64,000 bases of DNA, taken from contig CAVZMH010000016.1 of assembly GCA_963776345.1 (NCBI GenBank), positions 704,001 to 768,000 on the forward strand, given 5' to 3'. The stretch is from an uncultured delta proteobacterium. Its GTDB lineage: Bacteria; Myxococcota; Myxococcia; Myxococcales; Myxococcaceae. Both the position numbers and the translations under genes were made by a program. The first letter of the stretch is position 1. Every line of letters begins with the position of its first letter. Under the pieces are notes generated by a model. It was not told the origin of the DNA, made no database searches, and saw nothing but the letters and a program-made list of their open reading frames with translations. Shown in pieces: positions 19,481 through 29,615 of this stretch.

Positions 19481-20604
19481 CAGGCCACCAGCCCCCGCCG
19501 GGTCAGGCGGACGAAGAGCCAGGTCCCGAACGCGCCGAACAGGAGGTTCGGCGCCATGCCCGCGAGCCAGGGCGCGAGCCGCCCGGCGGTGCCGAGGTTC
19601 TCGAAGCTTCGCTCCACGAGGTAGTAGGCGACGTAGACGCCGAGCGCGAGCAGGTACCCCCGGGTGCGCGCGGCGCGCGAGGACATGGCCAGCGGCACCC
19701 CGAAGAGCGCGAAGGCCAGCGGCGTCAGCCCCTCGGCCAGCCGGACGTGGAACGCGGTGAGGAAGGGAGCGGGGCTCCTCCCCCCGCCGCGCGCCTCGCC
19801 CGCCGCGGCCAGCAGCTCACCGGGCGTGAGCTCCTCCTTCGGCGAGCGGAAGTGGTTCCTCCGGAGGATGGAGTCCTCGACCCCGATGGAGAGGTTGCCC
19901 TCGCGGAAGCTGAGGATGGCGTAGTCGGTCCCGGTGTGCTCGGCGCGGTGGACCTCCCCGGCCCGGAGGCCCACCAGGAGCGAGGCGCCGCGGCCGGAGG
20001 GGTTCACCGTCCCCTCGTGCGCCAGGACCAGCAGCGGCGCGCGCGGGTCCCGGTCGTCGTGGACCAGGACGTGGGTCCACACGCCGCGCTCCTTGTCCAC
20101 CCCCTGGGCATAGAGCGTCAGGTCGGTCAGGTCCTCGTAGAAGACGCCCGGCCGCACGTCGCCGAGCACGTTCCTCTTGATGACCTCGCTCACCTGCACC
20201 TTGACCTGCTTCAGCCCCCACGGCTCCGCCGTCGAGGCGAGCAGCAGCACCAGCACCCCCAGGCCGCCGCCCACCGCCAGCGGCACCCGCGCCAGCTGCC
20301 ATGGCGTCGCCCCGAGCGAGAGCAGCGCCAGCAGCTCGCGGTCCTCTCCCAGCCGGCCCAGCCCGAGCAGGATGGCGAGCAGGAAGCCCACCGGGAGCGA
20401 CATGACCAGGAGATGCGGGCTCAGGTGGAGCACGAGCCGGAGGAAGTCCGATGGCGTCACCGCCGAACCGAGCAGCACGTCGGTCCCGCGGAGGAACTGC
20501 ATCACGAAGAGAAGCAGGAAGAGGAACACCACCCAGAGCAGGAGCGGCACCAGCAGCTCGCGGAGCAGGTAACGGACGAGCAGCGGAAGCTCGGGCCACC
20601 TCAC
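19480..20604 (-). CDS. lptF: LPS export ABC transporter permease (LptF/LptG family)
   Basis: RYLLRELLVP, GRLGEDRELLAL, RPGVF and APNLLF motifs; GTGA coupling to purD. Confidence 0.85.
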   Translation of the reverse strand: MRWPELPLLVRYLLRELLVPLLLWVVFLFLLLFVMQFLRGTDVLLGSAVTPSDFLRLVLHLSPHLLVMSLPVGFLLAILLGLGRLGEDRELLALLSLGATPWQLARVPLAVGGGLGVLVLLLASTAEPWGLKQVKVQVSEVIKRNVLGDVRPGVFYEDLTDLTLYAQGVDKERGVWTHVLVHDDRDPRAPLLVLAHEGTVNPSGRGASLLVGLRAGEVHRAEHTGTDYAILSFREGNLSIGVEDSILRRNHFRSPKEELTPGELLAAAGEARGGGRSPAPFLTAFHVRLAEGLTPLAFALFGVPLAMSSRAARTRGYLLALGVYVAYYLVERSFENLGTAGRLAPWLAGMAPNLLFGAFGTWLFVRLTRRGLVA

Positions 20605-21860
20605 GCGCGCGGCCCGAGCCCCCGGGCGCCGATGTCCCGCCGGTACTGCATCCCCTCGAAGGAGATGCGGCTCACCGCGCCGTAGGCGTTGGCGCGCGCC
20701 TCGGCCAGCGTCGGCCCGCGGGCGCAGACGGTGAGCACCCGGCCTCCGGCCGTCACCAGCGCCCCGTCGCGCACCGCCGTGCCGGCGTGGAACACCTGGC
20801 AGCTGCCGCCGATGCGCTCCACGCCCGAGATGCGGGCGCCGGTCACCGGCGCGGCCGGGTACCCCGGGCTCGCCAGCACCACGCCCACCGACGCTCCCGG
20901 CAGGAGGGTGAGCGGGCGCGGGGCGAGCGTGCCGCGGGCGCAGGCGTCGAGCCAGGGCAGGAGGTCCTCCCCGAGCGACATCGCCAGCACCTGCGCCTCC
21001 GGGTCCCCGAAGCGGGCGTTGAACTCCAGCACCGCCGGGCCCTGCCGGCCGACCATCAGGCCAGCGTAGAGCGCGCCCCGGAACGGCGTCCCCCGCGCGG
21101 CCATCGTCCGGAGCACCGGAGCGATGACCTCCTCGCCCACCCGGCCGAGCGCGGCGGCGTCGAGCACCGGCGCCGGGCAGTACGCGCCCATGCCTCCGGT
21201 GTTGGGACCCTCGTCCCCGTCGAGGAGGCGCTTGTGGTCCTGCGCCGGCGGGAGCAGCACGTACCGGGCGCCGTCGCACAGGGCGATGACGCTCACCTCC
21301 TCGCCGTCCAGCACCTCCTCCAGCACCAGCGTCCGTCCGGCCTCGCCCAGCGCGGCCAGCGTGCGCACCGCCGCCACCGCCTCGTCCACGCCGTGCGCGA
21401 CGATGACGCCCTTGCCCGCCGCGAGCCCGTCCGCCTTCACCACCACGGAACCGCGGGCCCGCGCCCAGGCTTCCGCCTCCGGCACCGAGGTGAACGCTCG
21501 CCCGGCGGCCGTGCGGACCCCGGAGGCGAGCATCACCTCCTTGGCGAAGGCCTTGCTGCCCTCGAGCCGCGCCGCCGCCGCGTCCGGACCGAAGACAGCG
21601 ATGCCCGCGGCCCGGAGGGCGTCGGCCACCCCCGCCACCAGCGGCGCCTCAGGCCCGACCACCACCAGGTCGACCCGGGCGTCGCGGGCGACCGCCACCA
21701 CCGCCTCGGGACGCTCCGCGACAACGGCACGGCTCTCCGCGAACGACGCCGTGCCCGGGTTGCCCGGAGCGCAGATCAGCGCCGAGAGCCGCGGGCTCTG
21801 CGCCAGCTTCCAGGCGAGCGCATGCTCCCGCCCACCGCCTCCCAGGACCAGCACCCGCAT
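20601..21860 (-). CDS. purD: Phosphoribosylamine-glycine ligase
   Basis: GGGGREHAL, VVGPEAPL, KADGLAAGKGV, QDHKRL..GPNTGGMGAY and EFNARFGDPE. Confidence 0.97.
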   Translation of the reverse strand: MRVLVLGGGGREHALAWKLAQSPRLSALICAPGNPGTASFAESRAVVAERPEAVVAVARDARVDLVVVGPEAPLVAGVADALRAAGIAVFGPDAAAARLEGSKAFAKEVMLASGVRTAAGRAFTSVPEAEAWARARGSVVVKADGLAAGKGVIVAHGVDEAVAAVRTLAALGEAGRTLVLEEVLDGEEVSVIALCDGARYVLLPPAQDHKRLLDGDEGPNTGGMGAYCPAPVLDAAALGRVGEEVIAPVLRTMAARGTPFRGALYAGLMVGRQGPAVLEFNARFGDPEAQVLAMSLGEDLLPWLDACARGTLAPRPLTLLPGASVGVVLASPGYPAAPVTGARISGVERIGGSCQVFHAGTAVRDGALVTAGGRVLTVCARGPTLAEARANAYGAVSRISFEGMQYRRDIGARGLGPRA

Positions 21861-21869
21861 CGTGTCCGA

Positions 21870-24861
21870 TCAACCCTCCGGCGGCAGAAGGTACAAGGCC
21901 CGCCGGGCCGAGGCGTACTCCGGATCGAGCACGATGACACGCTGCAGTCGTTCCCGGGCGGAGACGATGGCCCCGGCCCGGGCCTCCGCCTCGGCCAGCC
22001 GCACCTGGGCGGCGAGCAGCCCCGGGCTCAGGGTCTGGGCCGCGTGGAGCGCGCGCTGGGCGCCCTCGACGTCGCCGGTGGCCAGCAGCGCCGAGCCGAG
22101 CGCGTACTGGGCAAATCCACTGGTCCGGCCTCCCGCGGCGGACGCAGCCTGCGCACGGTCGAGGGCTCCGGCGGTGTCGCCGCGGGCCCCGAGCAGGATG
22201 GACTTCCAGCCGAGCACCACCGCCTGGCTTCCGCCGGCCTTGAGGATCCGGTCGATGAGCGCCTCGGCCGCGGCGGTGTCGCCTTGGTGCACCCGGAGCA
22301 CCGCCTCGGCGAGCAGGGGCTGCGCGTCGCGGTCGTCCTTGCTGAGGAGGACCAGCCGATCCGCGGCGCCCTTCAGGCCGTCGCCCGGCCAGAGCGGCGG
22401 GACGCCCGGGCTGTCGCGAAACGGATCTGCCTGGAGCGCCGGGGCCACGCTCTGGAGCGCCCGGTCACGCGCTCCGGTCATGGCCCAGGCCGCTCCGGCC
22501 CAGAGCTGGGCGTCGATCCGCCGGCCGTCCACGGCGGCTGCGCGGTCGAATGCCTCGGCGGCGGGCTGCCAGCGCTGCTGCGCCGCCCGCACCCTGCCTT
22601 CGAGCAGCGCCGCCACTCCCGCGTCCCCGAGCCGGTCGAGGACCAGGGGGAGGTGCGCGGCCGCCTGCTCCGGCGCCCCGCTGTCGAGGTCGACCAGCAG
22701 CGCCTGGAGATTCGCCTGGACGTCGTCCGGGGCGAGCGAGAGCGCCGCCGTCGCGGCCTGGGAGGCCGCCTGGAGGTCGCCCGCGGCGCGGGCCACCCGG
22801 GCCAGGGAAATCTGCGCGCGCAGGAGCTCGGCGCCCGACAGGTGCCCGTGCTGCACCGCGCGCGAGAGGAGCTTCACCGCCTCCGCGGGCGCGCGCTCGG
22901 CGCCGGCCCGGAGCATGGCCATCTCCACCAGCGCGGGCCCGTCCTGCGTGGCGGGGGTGGACTGGAGCCGCTCGTAGATGCGCCGGGCGTGCGCCGTCTC
23001 GCCCACCTGGCCCCAGAGTCGGGCGAGCGCGCGGGCCGTCCGTGGCTCGTCGGGATCCACGGCGAGCCGCGCCTGGAGGTCCGCCACTGCCGCCCGGGGG
23101 GAGCCCGCGGCATCGTGCGCGGTCGCCCGGATGTTGAAGACGCGCCGCTGCGCCGGATCGCGCTGCTCGACCTCTTGCAGCAGCGACAGCGCGAGCCCGG
23201 CCGAGGAGGTGGCGTAGGCCTCGGCGAGCACCAGCCGCGCGCGGGTGGCCCAGGTCGGTGACGCCGCGGGGGCCGCTGGCGTCGTCGGCGGGGGCGCGCC
23301 GGGCGCCGGGGGAGGCCGGCGCGCGGGTGGCGTCCACCGCGCTCTGCCCCAGGCTCCGTGCCCGCTCGACGTTGGTCACGCCGCCGCGCACCAGCAGGAG
23401 GATCGCCAGCCCGACCTGGAGCGGGGGCTTCTGCCCCAGACGCTCCAGCGCGCTCTCGCCGAGCCGCACCAGCGACTCGAGCTCGCTGGCCGGCAGCTGG
23501 CTTCCCCGCCCGCGGGCGATGGTCTCCATCCACATCCCGAGCGCCTCGGCGTTTCGCGGCTCCTGGACCAGGACGGTCTCCAGGGTACGCTCCGCCGCGA
23601 GCTCCGAGGCCTCGGTGTCCCTGGCGAGGTTGGCCTCGGCGGAGGAGAGGAGGTCGGCCACCGGGTGAGGCTCGGCGGGGGCCTTCCAGGATGCGAGCCG
23701 CGTCTCCAGCCCCTCGGGGAGCTTCGCCTCGACGGGCTTCTTCTTCTTCCCCGGGCGGGGGATGACGTCGGCGACGCGCTGGAGGTCCGCTGGATCCGGC
23801 CGCACCCTCAGGTACCAGAGGGCACCGGAGACGGCGATGGCGATGCCGAGCATCCCGAGCAGGACCCAGACGCGACCGCGGCGCTCCGGCTCCGGCATCG
23901 CCCGAAAGGCACGCCGTGGCCGTGCCGGCGGGGTGGGAGTCCGGGGGGCGAGCTCGAGGGTCTCGGGCCCGGAGCTTCCGGGCGTCCCCGGCCCGGAGGT
24001 GGCCGCGGAGCCGGGGGAAGGCACGGCCCGGCCGAGCGCGGCGGCGGTGCGGGCACGGCAGGCCCCGCAGACGCCGCTGGCGAGATCGTCCGCATCGACC
24101 AGCCGGCCGCCACACGCGGCGCACGGGTCGGGCCGGGGTGCCGCGGCCGGAGCGCTGGCCACGGTGACCGTGGATCCGGTCGATCGCGGCGTCGCTCCGT
24201 CCGGGCCAGGCCGGGGCGTGGTCGGTGGAATGGCAGGCGCTCCGGGCGAGCCCCGCGCCGGGGTGAGTGGCGGGTCGGCGGCGGCCTGGCGCCGGGGGTT
24301 TCCGGTGGTGACGGGCGCCACCGGCGAGGGCGGCTGCTGCGGCGCAGGGAGCGGCGTGCGCTTCCACGGGTCCGAACGCTCGGTCTCGGGCCACTCGTCC
24401 GCCTGGGTGGCGCTCCGCGACGTGGATTGCGTCGCCACCGCCGCCTCGTACTCGGCGCGGACCTCGCTCCAGTCGACGGGCGCCGAGGTGGAGCCCTGGA
24501 GCGGACCGGGGTCCGCGGCGCCCGGCTGGCTCACCGGAGGGGCGTTCGCCGGTGGCGGCGGGACGTCGTCGAACGGGACGTGGCTCCGGCCCACCACGAA
24601 CTCGAGCTGACTGTCCGCCTCCCACTCCAGCTCGCCGAAGAGCTCCTCCTCCTCGGGCTCGGGCGTCTGCTGGATGGTGCGGGTGGTCAGCGCCACCCGG
24701 CCGATCTGGCTCTTGCCGCCGGACGGGGTGGTCAGCGGCACGCCTCCGGGGCGGAGCGCCTGCGAGTGCTTGCACCGGGGGCAGCGCCCCCGCGTCGCCC
24801 GCGCCACTGCCTCGTCCGGAAGCGAGTAGTCGGTGCCACACTGTTCGCAGCGGAAACGCAT
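21870..24861 (-). CDS. MJ0042-type zinc-ribbon / Pro-rich / TM / TPR membrane protein; apparent frameshift near 23250
   Basis: MRFRCEQC...CPRC, a second CAAC...CGAC, Pro-rich linker, TM helix, then TPR helices that continue in ORF 21870..23231. Confidence 0.75.
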
Positions 24862-24874
24862 CGCCTCGCCGGGG

Positions 24875-26416
24875 TCAGTGCCGGAAGTGCCGGACCCCGG
24901 TGAAGACCATCGCCACGTCGTGCGCGTCGGCGGCGGCGATGATCTCGGCGTCTCGCACGCTGCCGCCGGGCTGCGCCACCGCCCTGGCACCAGCCTGGAC
25001 GAGCGCCTCCATCCCGTCCCGGAAGGGGAAGAAGGCATCGGAGGCCACCGCGCTTCCCCGGAGCGATTCGCCTCCGCGTCCGGCGGCGATCTTCACCGAC
25101 TCGACGCGGCTGGTCTGCCCACCGCCGACCGCGAGCAGCCGGTCGGCGCTGGAGAAGACGATGGCGTTGCTCTTCACGTGCTTGCAGACGCGCCACCCGA
25201 AGCGCAGCGCTGACAGCTCGGCCTCGGTCGGGGCCCGCCGGGTCACCACCTTCCACTCGGTGGAGGGCTCCACCGCATCCCTGTCCTGCACCAGGAGCCC
25301 GCCGGAGATGCTCCGCAGCTCGAAGGAGGCGACGGCGCGCGCTCCCCTGGGCCAGCTCTTCCGGGCATCGAGGAGCCGGAGGTTCTTCTTCGCCCCGAGC
25401 GCCGCGCGCGCCGCCTCCGAGTAGCCGGGCGCGATGACCGCCTCGAGGAAGGTCTCGGCCATGGCCCGGGCGGTCGGCTCGTCCACCTCGCGGTTGAAAG
25501 CCACGATGCCGCCGAAGGCCGACACCTCGTCCACCGCCCGCGCGATCCGGTAGGCCTTCTCCAGCACCTCGTCCTGGGCCACGCCGCACGGGGTGTTGTG
25601 CTTGATGATGACCGCCGCCGGCCGATCGGGGAACTCGAGCGCCAGGGCGAGGGCCGCGTCGAGGTCCAGGAGGTTGTTGTACGAGAGCTCCTTGCCCTGC
25701 AGCACCTCGGCGAAGGAGACGGACGGCCCGGCCGGCTCGCGGTATCCGCGGTACCAGGCCCCACGCTGGTGCGGGTTCTCCCCGTACCGGAGCTCCTGGA
25801 CCTTCCGGAAGCCGAGCGCCAGCTCGTCGGGAAAGGCGACGCCGTCGCGCGCGGCCATCCAGCCGGCGATGCTCGCGTCGTACGCCGCGGTGTGCGCGTA
25901 GGCCTTGCGCTGGAGCCGCTGCCGCGTCTCGAGCGAGGTGCCGCCGCCGCGCCGCAGCTCCTCCAGCACCGCCGGGTAGTCCTCGGGATCGACCAGCACC
26001 GTGACCGAGGCGGCGTTCTTGGCGCCGGCGCGGATCATCGCCGGCCCGCCGATGTCGATGTTCTCGAGGATCTCCTGCTCGCCGAGGCCCTTGGCGACCG
26101 TCTCGCGGAAGGGGTAGAGGTTCACCGCCAGCACCGAGATGGGCGCGATGCCGCCGGCCTCCATCTCGGCGCGGTCGGAGGGCAGCGCCGGGCGCCCGAG
26201 CAGCCCGCCATGGATGCGCGGGTGGAGGGTCTTGACCCGCCCTCCGAGGATCTCCGGGCTTCCGGTGTGCTCCGAGACCTTGCGCGCCGGGAGCCCGGCC
26301 TCGGTGAGGGCCTGGAGGGTTCCGCCGGTGCTGAGGAGCTGGAATCCGAGGTCGACGAGACCACGGGCGAAGGGAACGAGTCCCCGCTTGTCGGAGAGGC
26401 TGAGGAGGGCGATCAC
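24875..26416 (-). CDS. purH: Bifunctional AICAR transformylase / IMP cyclohydrolase
   Basis: ALLSLSDK, GGRVKTLHP, ENIDIGGP, LRYGENPHQ, KHNTPCG and ASDAFFPF; GTG start inferred. Confidence 0.96.
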   Translation of the reverse strand: MIALLSLSDKRGLVPFARGLVDLGFQLLSTGGTLQALTEAGLPARKVSEHTGSPEILGGRVKTLHPRIHGGLLGRPALPSDRAEMEAGGIAPISVLAVNLYPFRETVAKGLGEQEILENIDIGGPAMIRAGAKNAASVTVLVDPEDYPAVLEELRRGGGTSLETRQRLQRKAYAHTAAYDASIAGWMAARDGVAFPDELALGFRKVQELRYGENPHQRGAWYRGYREPAGPSVSFAEVLQGKELSYNNLLDLDAALALALEFPDRPAAVIIKHNTPCGVAQDEVLEKAYRIARAVDEVSAFGGIVAFNREVDEPTARAMAETFLEAVIAPGYSEAARAALGAKKNLRLLDARKSWPRGARAVASFELRSISGGLLVQDRDAVEPSTEWKVVTRRAPTEAELSALRFGWRVCKHVKSNAIVFSSADRLLAVGGGQTSRVESVKIAAGRGGESLRGSAVASDAFFPFRDGMEALVQAGARAVAQPGGSVRDAEIIAAADAHDVAMVFTGVRHFRH

Positions 26417-26448
26417 GGGTCCTGGGGGATGGACTGCGGAGCACCGGG

Positions 26449-26478
26449 ACGAAACACCGCGCCCTGTCCGAGTGTCAA
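26449..26478 (-). promoter_or_regulatory. Candidate sigma70 promoter for the purH operon
   Basis: Perfect TTGACA on the minus strand (26478-26473); the -10 element is weak (TTTCGT). Confidence 0.35.
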
Positions 26479-26603
26479 CGAACGAGAGCGCCCCCCCGCT
26501 CGGGGGGGTCCGACCCGCCCCGGTGCCGGAGCGGCTGAGGCTTGACCCGGATCCGAGGGCGGCTCGAACAGCGGCACCGGAGCGCCGCTCCGACGCAGCT
26601 CGG

Positions 26604-27080
26604 TCAGTCCTCGGTGGCCTCGCGGAGCTTCGCCAGCCCACGGGTCTCGACCTGGCGGATGCGCTCCCGGGTGAGGTTCATGATCTCCCCCACCTCCTCG
26701 AGCGTGATGCCGCCCTTCTCGGCGACGTCGAGCGCGCAGGTGTGCTCGAGCTCCCAGATCTCCTTGTCGGGGAAATTCAGCTTGATCGACCCGGTCTCGG
26801 GGTTCACGTCCAGGTAGAGGTTGTGCTTGCAGGAGACGAAGAGGCACGGGCGGGGGCCGTTGATGCAGTCGGCCCGGGTGCGCGGCCGGTTGTCCTCCAC
26901 GCTCCGGAGCAGCTCCTGCTCCTCGGGATCCACCTCGCCCGCGAGGCGGCGGCGCCGCAGATCGCGGGCCATCTCCTTCCTGGACATGGTCTTCGACCGG
27001 CGGCGCTCCACCGGGGCCGGGAGCGCGCTCTCGGGCTCGCCCCCGGGTTCCGCCGTCGACTCGAGCTTCGCCTGACTCAT
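26604..27080 (-). CDS. asgB: AsgB-like DNA-binding protein (Cys-rich module plus sigma70 region 4 HTH)
   Basis: 158 aa ending in [27 protein letters not shown], with no sigma region 2. Size and architecture match myxobacterial AsgB as recalled; not searched. Confidence 0.75.
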   Translation of the reverse strand: MSQAKLESTAEPGGEPESALPAPVERRRSKTMSRKEMARDLRRRRLAGEVDPEEQELLRSVEDNRPRTRADCINGPRPCLFVSCKHNLYLDVNPETGSIKLNFPDKEIWELEHTCALDVAEKGGITLEEVGEIMNLTRERIRQVETRGLAKLREATED

Positions 27081-27117
27081 CGCTTCCCTCCTCCGGACCG
27101 CTCGACCGCCGGTGGTT

Positions 27118-27645
27118 TCAAGACAGATCGCTCCGCTGCGTGGACCCCAGCGCCCGCTGGGCGGTGAGCGCGCTGCCCACCCGCGACAGGTCGCGAACCA
27201 GGTCCCCGGCACGCCGGCGCAGCCCGGTCAGCTCGCCCTGCAGGCTGCGCTTCTGCTCCGTGGCCAGCGCTCGCTCGCCGAGCTCCGACTCCAGCCCGCT
27301 GAGCGTCTCGTCCAGGCTGCGCTCCACCTGGTCGATGTGGTTCTTCACCCCGACGAAGGACCGACGGATCTCCTCGAGGGTGAGGCCGGCGGCCATCATC
27401 TTCTTGATCGCGTTGATCCGCCGGACGGACTCCACCGGGTAGAGCCCGTGGCTGCCGCGGTGCTTGCCCTTCCGCCCCACCCGGCGGCTCCGGGGCAGGA
27501 GCCCCGCCTGGACGTACTTGCGGAAGGTGGCCTCGGAGAGGCGCACGCCCTTGGGGCGGAAGATCTCGACGATCGCCCCGGCGGACAGGCCCCGGGCGAA
27601 CTCGCTCTCGATGCGCGCCAGCTCTCCCGGTTCGAGATAATCCAT
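27118..27645 (-). CDS. MerR-like HTH transcriptional regulator
   Basis: [16 protein letters not shown]...GLYP...[19 protein letters not shown], followed by a coiled coil. Confidence 0.78.
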   Translation of the reverse strand: MDYLEPGELARIESEFARGLSAGAIVEIFRPKGVRLSEATFRKYVQAGLLPRSRRVGRKGKHRGSHGLYPVESVRRINAIKKMMAAGLTLEEIRRSFVGVKNHIDQVERSLDETLSGLESELGERALATEQKRSLQGELTGLRRRAGDLVRDLSRVGSALTAQRALGSTQRSDLS

Positions 27646-27680
27646 TGAGTGTTGGATTGAGAATATCCGCTACTGACAGG

Positions 27681-27710
27681 ATGCTATTGAGTGGTTTCCA
27701 CTCCCGTCAA
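27681..27710 (-). promoter_or_regulatory. sigma70 promoter TTGACG-N18-TAGCAT with a dyad in the spacer (MerR-type operator)
   Basis: Minus strand: -35 at 27710-27705, -10 at 27686-27681. Perfect inverted repeat GAGTGG-N3-CCACTC at 27689-27703. Confidence 0.65.
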
Positions 27711-27759
27711 GGGGGGGCCAGCCGTTCAGGGAAAAATTCCCGGGCGGTTCCGGCCTCGC

Positions 27760-29439
27760 TCAGCGCTCGGCGGGTGGATGCTCGAGGGTGGCGGTGCGGC
27801 CCTGGACCAGCTGCACGGTGTAGGGCCGAGGCACGCCGTCGGGCCCGGTGAGCTCGACCACGTGGCGCCCGGCGGGGAGCCGCACCGTCCTGCTGCCCTG
27901 GACGTAGCCAGCGCGCTTGCCGTCCACCCGGAGCTCGGCCCAGGGCTTGGCGCGGATCAACAGCCGCGCACGAGCGGTGGACGGGGGCGCCCCCCCTCCC
28001 CTGCTCCCCGGAATCGCCCCCGGCGTGGTGGAGGAGGCGGGCGCGGCCGCCCGGTTCGCGGCCACTGCCACCGGAGGGGCAGACGGTGGGGCGGACGGCG
28101 ACTCCGCGAGCGGACCCGCCCTCGCCGGTGGGGCCCCGTCCTCGCCGCCCGGCGACGCCGTCACCGCCGCTTCCGGCGCCGGCCGTACGCCGCCGGGAGC
28201 ACGGGAGGCCACCGCCTCACGGCGCTCGCGCCAGGCCCCCAGCACCGAGGGGCCCGAGCGGAGCGCAACGCCAGCCACCGCGGCGACGACCACCACGGCG
28301 AGCAGGAGGCCCGCCCGGCGCCCGGTTCGCCGCGCGACGCCGGTGAGGACCTCGGTGGGCGCAGGCTCGGCGGCGTCAGGGATGACCAGCTCCGTCGACT
28401 GCGCCCGGGCGCTCGAGTCGCCGGGGGCCGACCCGTCCGCAGGCCCTCCGCGGGGGCCGGAGAGCGAGAGCGAGACCGGGATGGACGGGCTGACGTTCAC
28501 CGGCTCGGCAACCCCGGCCTCCTCGGGGAACATCCGGCGGAGGAAGGCGCCCACGTCGGTGTCCTCGAGCGAGCGGGCCCCGCCGAGGAGGACCTCGGCG
28601 AGGGCGCGCTCCAGCTCGTGCGCCGTGGCCCAGCGGCGGTCGCGATCGCGCTCCAGCGCGCGCATCACCGCGGCGTCCAGCGGCGCGGCCACCGCGGGAT
28701 TGAGTCTGGCCGGCGGGACGATCAGGCGCTCCTGCACCGCGCGCAGCACCGCCACGTCGCCATCGCCCTCGAACAGGCGCGCTCCGGTGAGCAGCTCCCA
28801 GAGCGTGACCCCCAGGGCGAAGACGTCGGTCCGCGCGTCGACCAGGTCGCCCCGGGCCTGCTCCGGGGACATGTACGCGAACTTGCCCTTCAGCATCCCG
28901 GATCCGGTGGCCCGGCCCCCGGCCTTGGCGATTCCGAAGTCGGTGAGCTTCACCGCCCCGTCGAAGCTGAGGAGCACGTTGTGCGGGGTGACGTCCCGGT
29001 GGACGAGCTCGAGGCTCTGCCCGTTCTCGGTCAGCCGGTGGGCGTAGGCGAGCCCGCGCGCGACCTCCATGCCGATCTGCGCGACGAGGATCGGCGGGAG
29101 GGCCACCCCGCGCTCCTGGCACCGCCGGCGGAGCTCCCAGAGCGAGTGGCCGCGCACGTACTCCATGGCCAGGTAGTAGGTGTCCTGGTGCTTGTCGAAG
29201 TCGAAGATGTGGACCAGGTTGGCGTGGTTGAGGCGGCTCGCCACTCGCGCCTCGGCGATGAACATCCTCACGAAGTCGGGATCACCGGCCAGGCCCGGAC
29301 GGACGCGCTTGATGACCACGTCCTTCTCGAAGCCCTCCGGGCCGAGCGCCGCGGCGAGGTAGATCTCGGCCATGCCGCCCTCGGCGAGCTTGCGCCGGAC
29401 GACGTACTTGCCGATGGGCGTTCCGGCGGCGAGCGTCAT
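27760..29439 (-). CDS. Hanks-type Ser/Thr protein kinase with TM helix and C-terminal PEGA-like domain
   Basis: LAEGGMAEIY, VIKR, HRDVTPHN, TDFG and YMSPEQ; C-terminal PWAELRVDGK..LPAGRH. Confidence 0.9.
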   Translation of the reverse strand: MTLAAGTPIGKYVVRRKLAEGGMAEIYLAAALGPEGFEKDVVIKRVRPGLAGDPDFVRMFIAEARVASRLNHANLVHIFDFDKHQDTYYLAMEYVRGHSLWELRRRCQERGVALPPILVAQIGMEVARGLAYAHRLTENGQSLELVHRDVTPHNVLLSFDGAVKLTDFGIAKAGGRATGSGMLKGKFAYMSPEQARGDLVDARTDVFALGVTLWELLTGARLFEGDGDVAVLRAVQERLIVPPARLNPAVAAPLDAAVMRALERDRDRRWATAHELERALAEVLLGGARSLEDTDVGAFLRRMFPEEAGVAEPVNVSPSIPVSLSLSGPRGGPADGSAPGDSSARAQSTELVIPDAAEPAPTEVLTGVARRTGRRAGLLLAVVVVAAVAGVALRSGPSVLGAWRERREAVASRAPGGVRPAPEAAVTASPGGEDGAPPARAGPLAESPSAPPSAPPVAVAANRAAAPASSTTPGAIPGSRGGGAPPSTARARLLIRAKPWAELRVDGKRAGYVQGSRTVRLPAGRHVVELTGPDGVPRPYTVQLVQGRTATLEHPPAER

Positions 29440-29615
29440 CGCGGAGGTCGTGGCACGGGGCGGCGGGGCCGACCGCCTACGGTACCGGCCGCGTTCTCCG
29501 AGGGTCAAACGGCGCGCTCCCGGGCAACCGCCGCCCACACCGCCCCACGAGCCGAGGGGCCCGGGGGCTCGGTGTCCCAGATGTCAGTTGACCCCGGGCC
29601 GAACCGCGGGCATTC

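Noticed and set aside
26417..26600. ZTP (pfl) riboswitch upstream of purH
   Set aside because: The conserved GACUGGCG and GCCUGGGC elements could not be found by eye.
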